A DNA stretch of 54,298 bases, taken from positions 34,266 to 88,563 of the forward strand of contig CAYZYU010000001.1 of the NCBI GenBank assembly GCA_964482915.1, written 5' to 3'. Under the pieces are notes generated by a model. That model was not told where the DNA came from. It did not search any database and worked only from the letters and a program-made list of their open reading frames with translations. Both the position numbers and the translations under genes were made by a program. Position 1 is the first letter of the stretch. Every line of letters begins with the position of its first letter. This DNA comes from Candidatus Woesearchaeota archaeon. GTDB lineage: Archaea > Nanobdellota > Nanobdellia > Pacearchaeales > GW2011-AR1. Below, piece after piece: positions 45,938 to 52,900 of the stretch.

Positions 45938-46714
45938 ATGGTGATCCAAGAACTAGTATTTCTTATAGCAGGTTTTGCTACAGGCATAATAACAGGTTTA
46001 GTTGGAGCTTCTGCGATAGTTATATTTATCCCAATCATATTGCTTTTTATTAATTACAGCGCTTTTGCATTAATAGGGGTTAGTTTATCTGTAGATGTGT
46101 TTGTTTCTCTATTGGCTATCTTTATCTATAGAAAATTTCATCATATTGATTTTAAAACAGGATTTTATTTAGCAATTCCTGCTGTATTTGGAGCTGTTCT
46201 TGGAAGTTATCTTTCAAAATTTGTTGCTGGTACTAATTTGATTTGGTTAACTTCATTATTTACTGCTCTGACAGGAATAATGCTTTTTTACAGAAAAGTA
46301 AAAGTGAAAGAAGTCCATACCTTAAAGGATTATTCAAAATCTAAACTTTGGATTGCTGTTGTACTTGCTTTTATTGTAGGCATTATTGGTGGGGGTCTTG
46401 GAGCTGCTGGAGGAATTGCTGTCTTTTTGCTTCTTGTTTTTTTCCTTAATTTTGAGACTCATTTAGCAATTGGTACTTCTATTTTTGTGATGTTTTTTGT
46501 GGCACTTTCCGGGGCATTATCTCATATTACCCGTATAAGTGAGATGGGCTTCCACTGGATATTACTTTTATATGCTGTTATAGGAGGAATTATTGGGGCT
46601 CTTTTTTCTTCTCGTTTAGCTAATAAAATAAGTGAGAAAAATCTTAATAGAATGGTTGGAATAATTTTGTTTGTATTAGGTACTTTAACTTTTATAAATA
46701 GTATATTAAGATAG
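45938..46714 (+). CDS. TauE/SafE-family membrane protein, tandem paralog
   Basis: Collinear with 45084-45860 (LIAGFATGIITGLVGASAIV identical stretch). ATG 45938 chosen by analogy (the track used TTG 45929). Confidence 0.8.
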   Translation: MVIQELVFLIAGFATGIITGLVGASAIVIFIPIILLFINYSAFALIGVSLSVDVFVSLLAIFIYRKFHHIDFKTGFYLAIPAVFGAVLGSYLSKFVAGTNLIWLTSLFTALTGIMLFYRKVKVKEVHTLKDYSKSKLWIAVVLAFIVGIIGGGLGAAGGIAVFLLLVFFLNFETHLAIGTSIFVMFFVALSGALSHITRISEMGFHWILLLYAVIGGIIGALFSSRLANKISEKNLNRMVGIILFVLGTLTFINSILR

Positions 46715-46720
46715 CTAGAT

Positions 46721-46828
46721 TTATCCACGTTTAAGCTTACGCTTGTGCTTTTCTTTCTTTAACCTTTTACGCTGCCATTTCCAACGCATCTGGCCGTCTT
46801 TCTTCCATCTTCTACTTGAACGTTTCAT
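46721..46828 (-). CDS. very basic 35-aa peptide, ribosomal protein L41e-like
   Basis: MKRSSRRWKKDGQMRWKWQRKRLKKEKHKRKLKRG. The segment MRWKWQRKRLKKEKHKRKLKR parallels eukaryal/archaeal L41e ([21 protein letters not shown], from memory). Below the track cut-off. Confidence 0.4.
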   Translation of the reverse strand: MKRSSRRWKKDGQMRWKWQRKRLKKEKHKRKLKRG

Positions 46829-46882
46829 AATTTCAAATAGAGAAAATTGATTTATAAAAGTTTGGTTTGGTATTTTAAGAGA

Positions 46883-47536
46883 TTATCTGCTTCTTTCAAC
46901 ACCAATTCTCTTACAGTGCATATTTATTGGGCATCCAGAACATTTAGGTGAAACTGGCTGGCAGATATCCCTTCCAAATTGCACAAAAATTGCATTGAAA
47001 TCTGCCCAATATTCTTTTGGGAGTATTTTTTCAAGTTCTTTCTCAGTTTGTTCAGGCGTTTTTGTTTCTATCCATCCTAATCTATTGGGTATTCTATGAC
47101 AGTGAGTATCTATTGGTAGGACTAATTGATTAAATGCAAATGCTAACACTATATTTGCAGTTTTTGGTCCAACTCCTTTTATACTAAGGAGATCTTCTTT
47201 TTTATCTGGTACCTTTGAATTGAATCTTGTTATTAATTCATTAGATACAGAATGAAGAACACGAGCTTTTTTCTTATAATGTCCAGATGAGAAAATAATC
47301 TTTTCAAGTTTTGGAAGAGGTATTTTTATGATTTGTTCTGGAGTTGTTGCAACTTCAAATAGTTGTTTGGAGACTTTTTCAGTATTTTCATCTCTTGCCC
47401 TTAGAGAAAGTAAGCAAGAAATCAGAACCTTAAATGCATCGGGTTTTTTTCTCATCCTGTTTAAAGTTGTCTTTTCAGTGGAAGGATAAATTCCTTTCAA
47501 ATTTTCCATAATCTCTTTGAATTTTATCTCTTGCAT
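46883..47536 (-). CDS. nth: endonuclease III (DNA glycosylase/AP lyase)
   Basis: HhH-GPD (LLSIKGVGPKTANIVL, catalytic-Asp region LPIDTH) and a C-terminal 4Fe-4S cluster loop CQPVSPKCSGCPINMHC. Confidence 0.9.
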   Translation of the reverse strand: MQEIKFKEIMENLKGIYPSTEKTTLNRMRKKPDAFKVLISCLLSLRARDENTEKVSKQLFEVATTPEQIIKIPLPKLEKIIFSSGHYKKKARVLHSVSNELITRFNSKVPDKKEDLLSIKGVGPKTANIVLAFAFNQLVLPIDTHCHRIPNRLGWIETKTPEQTEKELEKILPKEYWADFNAIFVQFGRDICQPVSPKCSGCPINMHCKRIGVERSR

Positions 47537-47555
47537 TTTATCTAGTAATTTTTAT

Positions 47556-48134
47556 TTACTTTAAAATCTCTCCAAAAATCTTTTCAGAAATTCCTGCAGC
47601 ATTTGCTTCATCTGTATCTAGATGCAATGCTAAATCATACTTTTTGGATATTCTTACGATTATATTCTGGAAAATTGTCTTCCTCTGTCCAGGTATTTTT
47701 AGAGAGACTATCTGGTTTTCTTTTAATTTTAATTTTTTTGCTTGTTCTTCTGAGCAATGTAGATGTCTTTGTGCTATTATTGCAGGTATTTTTGTCTGCC
47801 CCTTTGGTCCTTTTACTAATACTTGAGTAGTTCCATGTATATCTCCTGATACTCTTATTTTTGGAATAGGGTTTAGATTTAATTGATAAGCGTCTGTTAG
47901 AGAAATTTCTGCTTGTGAATGATTCCTTAATGGTCCAAGAACTCTTGCTGCAATTTTACTTTTTCCATTTATTATATCTATCTTATCTTTTGAGGCAAAT
48001 TCTCCTGGCTGAGAGAGCTTTTTTATTGGAATTAATTTTTTTCCTTTTCCAAATAAATTTTCAAAATCTTCTTCACATAAATGTATATGTCTAGCTGAAA
48101 TTTCCACTGGGACTGAGATGTTTTTAAATTTCAT
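47556..48134 (-). CDS. pduL: PduL-type phosphate acyltransferase
   Basis: Two PduL repeats: ISARHIHLCEEDFENLFG and AQRHLHCSEEQAKKL. Confidence 0.8.
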   Translation of the reverse strand: MKFKNISVPVEISARHIHLCEEDFENLFGKGKKLIPIKKLSQPGEFASKDKIDIINGKSKIAARVLGPLRNHSQAEISLTDAYQLNLNPIPKIRVSGDIHGTTQVLVKGPKGQTKIPAIIAQRHLHCSEEQAKKLKLKENQIVSLKIPGQRKTIFQNIIVRISKKYDLALHLDTDEANAAGISEKIFGEILK

Positions 48135-49177
48135 TATAATTTTTTAATAACCTCTTCTATCATCATCCTCTCTTCATCTGTTTTTATTACATAAACTTTC
48201 GCCTTTGAGAATAGAGAAGATATTTTTCTTTCATTTTTGTAATTTTTCTTTTTGTTTAATTTAATACCTAAAAATTTTAATTGATTACATATGTCTTCCC
48301 TTAATCTTGGGACATTTTCTCCTATTGCTGCTGTAAATATCAAATTATCGAGTCCATTTAGTGCTGTAATGTAAGATCCTATTACTTTAACTATCCTATA
48401 AAGGAATAAATCATAAGCTAATTTACATTCAGGGTTTTTATCCATGTTTGCAAGTATATCCCTAAAATCATTAAATCCTGATATCCCTTTTAATCCGGAC
48501 TTATTTGTAAGTATATCTTCTACATCATACTTCTTTTTTTGTAGAAACAATATTATCCCGGGATCTATACTTCCTGAACGTGTTCCCATCATAATGCCCT
48601 CTAAAGGAGTTAAACCCATACTAGTATCTATGGGTTTTCCATTTTTTATTGCTGATATGCTTGAACCAGAACCTAGATGGCAGATTATTGTTTTACCTTT
48701 CAAATTTTGAGAGACATACTCATGAGATAATCCATGAAACCCATAACGTCTTATATTATATTTTTCAGTTAATTCTTTAGGTATTGCATAAGTTTTTGCA
48801 ACTTCAGGTAAATCTGCAAAAAACATTGTATCAAAAACAGCATATTGTGGTCTCTTGAATTTTTCACATAATTCTATTACCATTAATTGTTTTGGATTAT
48901 GTAATGGAGCAAATTCTGAAAATTGTTTTATCTTCTTTTTGACTTCAGGAGTTATAAGTGAAGTCTCTTTTAATTCTCCTCCATGAACCACCCTATGGGC
49001 AATAATTTCTATATTTCTGTCTATAAACTGATTAAATATCTCTTCTATAGCTTTCTCATAATCTTTCTTAGATTTTAATTTTTCTTTATTTCCAGATTCT
49101 AGGTGATTTAAATCTTCAAATAAACTATATTTTATACTAGAACTCCCAACGTTAAGAACTAATATTTTTCTGGACAT
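48134..49177 (-). CDS. ackA: acetate (short-chain acyl) kinase, compact form
   Basis: ILVLNVGSSSIKYSLF, AHRVVHGG, RRYGFHGLSH, HLGSGSSISAI, DTSMGLTPLEGIMMGTRSGSIDP, TDEE. Start is ATG 49177 or 49207. The stop overlaps the pduL start in TAATG. Confidence 0.85.
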   Translation of the reverse strand: MSRKILVLNVGSSSIKYSLFEDLNHLESGNKEKLKSKKDYEKAIEEIFNQFIDRNIEIIAHRVVHGGELKETSLITPEVKKKIKQFSEFAPLHNPKQLMVIELCEKFKRPQYAVFDTMFFADLPEVAKTYAIPKELTEKYNIRRYGFHGLSHEYVSQNLKGKTIICHLGSGSSISAIKNGKPIDTSMGLTPLEGIMMGTRSGSIDPGIILFLQKKKYDVEDILTNKSGLKGISGFNDFRDILANMDKNPECKLAYDLFLYRIVKVIGSYITALNGLDNLIFTAAIGENVPRLREDICNQLKFLGIKLNKKKNYKNERKISSLFSKAKVYVIKTDEERMMIEEVIKKL

Positions 49178-49404
49178 GTAATTTTCCCCCACATTATCTT
49201 TTTCCATATTCTTTCATGAATGTATAAAAATAAGATTTTTATTATACTTAATACCACCGTAAATTTTATAGACATCTTTAGATTTCCATAAACTAAATAT
49301 ACCGCTATTAAAGTAATTACAAATGCAATTACCTCCCATGTGAATGCTTTTAGGAAACTTCTCTGAGGAGTGGAGGTTATATGCACCTCTCTTTTTTTAG
49401 CCAT
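49159..49404 (-). CDS. small membrane protein (DUF2061-like)
   Basis: 81 aa with two TM helices; FLKAFTWEVIAFVITL pattern. Confidence 0.5.
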   Translation of the reverse strand: MAKKREVHITSTPQRSFLKAFTWEVIAFVITLIAVYLVYGNLKMSIKFTVVLSIIKILFLYIHERIWKKIMWGKITCPEKY

Positions 49405-49472
49405 TATATTTATAATAAGATAATCTTTTTAAGCTTTAATACTTAGTAGTTTTGGATAATAAATCCAAAGAA

Positions 49473-49644
49473 GCCCCGATAGTTCAGAGGCCAAGAACGC
49501 CACCCTCTCAAATTACGCCGGGATTCAGTCGATGAGATCATAATTCCAGCCTTCTCTAAGGCAGGCTTATTAAATTTTATCGCCTTATTTTTCTTAGGGC
49601 GATGGAGTACGGTGGTAACCCGAGTTCGAATCTCGGCCGGGGCG
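49473..49644 (+). tRNA. tRNA-Glu (anticodon CUC) with a 99-nt intron at 37/38
   Basis: Exons 49473-49510 and 49610-49644. Acceptor GCCCCGA/CCGGGGC (A7:C66 mismatch), D stem GUUC/GAAC, anticodon stem CCACC/GGUGG, loop CU-CUC-A|C, T arm CCGAG-UUCGAAU-CUCGG, discriminator G. Confidence 0.8.
49511..49609 (+). other. tRNA-Glu intron with a canonical bulge-helix-bulge motif
   Basis: Central 4-bp helix CUCU (49505-08) / GGAG (49604-07). 3-nt bulges CA|A (49509-11) and UA|C (49608-10). Inner helix AU/AU plus CGCC (49516-19) / GGCG (49598-601). Confidence 0.7.
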
Positions 49645-49817
49645 TTTATCCTTAGGTTTAACATAGCTATATAAAACGAATAATTCTGCGTAGAAATGAT
49701 GCAGTTTTTGAACAGAGAGGTGAAATAAATGGTTTGGTGCTTAGAAAGGGAGGTGAACTAGTTAAATTCTTAAAAGCTAAACAAAATATTTATAAATTAC
49801 ATATATATCTAATATAT

Positions 49818-49970
49818 ATGCCTAAAAAGCAGATAATTGTAAAATTTGAGGGGTCTGAGATTCTTGAGAGAAAAGCTTCTAAGTTTGGAACTGGTGCTCA
49901 TGTAATTATTCCTAAAGAATACATAAACAAAAAAGTAAAAATTATTATGGAGGATGAAGATGACAAGTAA
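49818..49970 (+). CDS. small SpoVT/AbrB-like (DUF2080-like) protein
   Basis: 50 aa from ATG 49818: MPKKQIIVKFEGSEILERKASKFGTGAHVIIPKEYINKKVKIIMEDEDDK. The G.GAHVIIPKEYI..KVKI pattern is AbrB/DUF2080-like. Overlaps the giant ORF start by 17 nt. Confidence 0.5.
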   Translation: MPKKQIIVKFEGSEILERKASKFGTGAHVIIPKEYINKKVKIIMEDEDDK

Positions 49971-52900
49971 AAAGTATTTTTTTGCTTTAATCAGCATAAT
50001 TTTGATAACACTCTTATCCTATGAGGTTTTAGCAGGGACTAATGTTCCAGATTGTGGAATAACAATCAATATCTCAGGACAATATGAATTAAACGCGGGA
50101 ATTTCTGGGACAGCAACTTGTCTAACAATTAATACAAGTAATATAGAACTAGATTGCAAAGGAAATACTATTTCTTATGGTTCAGATGGAGTTAATGGAA
50201 GAATTGGAATATCTGTTGCCCTTGGAACAGTTTATCTTGAAAATATCACAATAAAAAATTGCATAATTCAAGACACAAATCCTGCTGGAACCACGGGGTA
50301 TGGAATATATGCATTAAGAACATCTAATTCATATATAATTAACAATACAATTAATACAAGCGGAACTGCTACAAATCACGGGATTTATTTATCTACTGCA
50401 AGTCAAAATAATCTTCTTGAAAATAATACCATAAATGCTTATGGAAGCACTACAGGAAACTATGGGATTTATTTAATTTATCAATCAAATAATAACACAA
50501 TTAGAAACAATGAAGTAAAGGCAACAGGAACAACAACAAGCTATGCACTCATGCTTTATAGCTCAGAATATAATTTAATAGAAAACAACAATTTTTCAAG
50601 TTACACTCTTTTAACAACAGGAAATTCAGATATGAATGTAGTTTATTTATACTATGGTTCAAGATATAATATTTTAAGAAATAATTACATTTATTCAGAT
50701 GCTGAAGCAAGAAATTACCATATTTATCTAAATTTAAATAATAATTATAATATCATTGCAAATAATACTATAATTCCAAATGATGATGAAGGAACAAACC
50801 CTGGAATTTATATTCTTGGTTCTGATTACAATCTTGTAGAGAATAATACCATTAGAACAAATGGAACAACAGCCAATTATGGGGTTTGGTTAGGAGCATC
50901 TTCAACAGGAAATATGATTAATAAAAATAATATTATCACAAATGGAACTACAACCAACAATTACGGAATTTATTTGGTAAGTGCACTTTACAATAATATA
51001 ACAGAAAATCAGATCTCCTCAAATGGATTAACAACAGGTAATGCAGGAATAACTTTATCAAGTGCCCAAAGAAATTACCTTGCAAGAAATAATATTTCTA
51101 CAAGTGGGACAACAACAGGATATGGAATTTATTTGACTGGTTCTGATTATGACACAGTAGAAGATAATGATATTTCTACATTTGGAACAAGCACTGCAAA
51201 TGATGGAATCTATTTAATCTCTTCTACAAACAATAACATAATAAACAACAGAATAACTGCAAATAGCACCTCTTCTGGAAATATTGGTATTGCTTTATAT
51301 ACCTCAACAGGAAATTCTTATGTTTATAATAATACTATAAAAACTGATGGAACAACTACAAATTATGGTATTTTATTACAGACTGCAAATAATAATTCGA
51401 TAGTAAATAATCAAATATCAACCAGTGGAACAACTACAACAAATCATGGAATTTATCTTTATATAAGTGCAAATGCAAACAAAATCTACTATAATAATAT
51501 CTCTACATATGGCACAACAACAAATCATGGGATTTCACTTAGCACAACTTCAGATGGAAATGAAATTGTTGGAAATTATATAATAGCTAATGGCTCAACA
51601 ACAGCCTCCGCAACAACAACAAATAATTTTGGAATTGCTGCTGCTACAAGTTGTTATAATAATCTTATGGAAAATAATACAATACTAAATTCCGGAGGAA
51701 GGTATAACTATGGTATATATATTTCAGTAGAATCTGGATATTCTACAATTAGAGGAAATAATATTACTACTGGAGGAAGTGGGGCCACAAATGCAGGAAT
51801 TTATCTTTCAGAAAGCAGAAACAACCTTCTAGAAGAAAATATAATCTCTACTTCAGGTTCTGCTACAGATTACGGTATTTATCTGTATTCTAATGCAAAA
51901 TATAATTTTGTTAAGAAAAATAATATTACAACCTCAGGAAGTACTAATTCTTATGGAATTCTTCTTGATGCAGTAATTCCAAACTTCCCCCACAATAATT
52001 CTTTTCAAGAAAATAATTTTATTAGTATTGCTGGAACAGAATTTAGATTTGCTGATGCAGAAATAGATGAAAATTATTTAATTAGCCAGATTATTGACAG
52101 TTACTTATTTACTGGAATTGGAAGCAAAATGATTGTTAGAAATGACTCTGCAGGAGAAATAAAATTCTTAGATAGATTAACTGGTTCTGGAACAGGATTT
52201 AGTGATGATGTATACATTTTAGAGAATTATGCTTTTATTGATTCGAGTATCCCAGGATTAAACAAGTCAGCAGAGATAACCATTTATAATTTACCAACAA
52301 CTTCAAATGAATTACAAATTTACAGGAATGGTATAATCTGCAGTGATTGTTTTAATTTAACTTCAATGCAAGCAGGAAATGTAACATTTAATGTAACACA
52401 AGGAGGAGGATACTCAATTAATTCCTCAAGTTCATCTCCTTTAATAGAATTAGATTTCCCTGAAAATGATTATTTAACAAATCAGCAAAATATTAATTTT
52501 AATTTTACAGCTAGAGATGATTCTGTAGGAGATTTAAATTGTAGCATTTATATTGATTCTATTTTAAATCAAACCAATTCAACAACTCAAAATAATACTC
52601 TAACTAATTTTGCTGCTAGTGGATTAACTGAAGGAAATCATAACTGGAATATTGAATGTTTTGATTCAGCAGGAAATAGAAATATTTCTGAAACAATAAA
52701 TTTTACAATAACAATTTCACAATCATCCTCATTATTTAATTATCCAGAGAATAAATCTTATTTTAATAATTTAGACTTTATATTGTTAAATTATACTGTT
52801 TTAGATTTAGATTTAAAGATAATGACTGCTTGGATTTATGGGGATGAAATTCTTCTAAATACAACTTCAGGATTAACTAATGGTTCATCTTTAGTTTACA

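Noticed and set aside
48134-49207. The short acetate kinase as a truncated pseudogene.
   Set aside because: All ASKHA phosphate and adenosine motifs occur from the N-terminal VLNVGSSSIK to the C-terminal TDEE, in order and in one frame, and the gene is translationally coupled to pduL. It looks compact rather than truncated.
49511-49609. A C/D-box guide sRNA inside the long tRNA-Glu intron, as in euryarchaeal tRNA-Trp.
   Set aside because: There is no UGAUGA C box (the closest is CGAUGAGA) and no CUGA D box on the sense strand.
49443-49664. Track ORF of 73 aa on the minus strand.
   Set aside because: It is antisense to the intron-containing tRNA-Glu gene, which explains the locally GC-rich, stop-free stretch.
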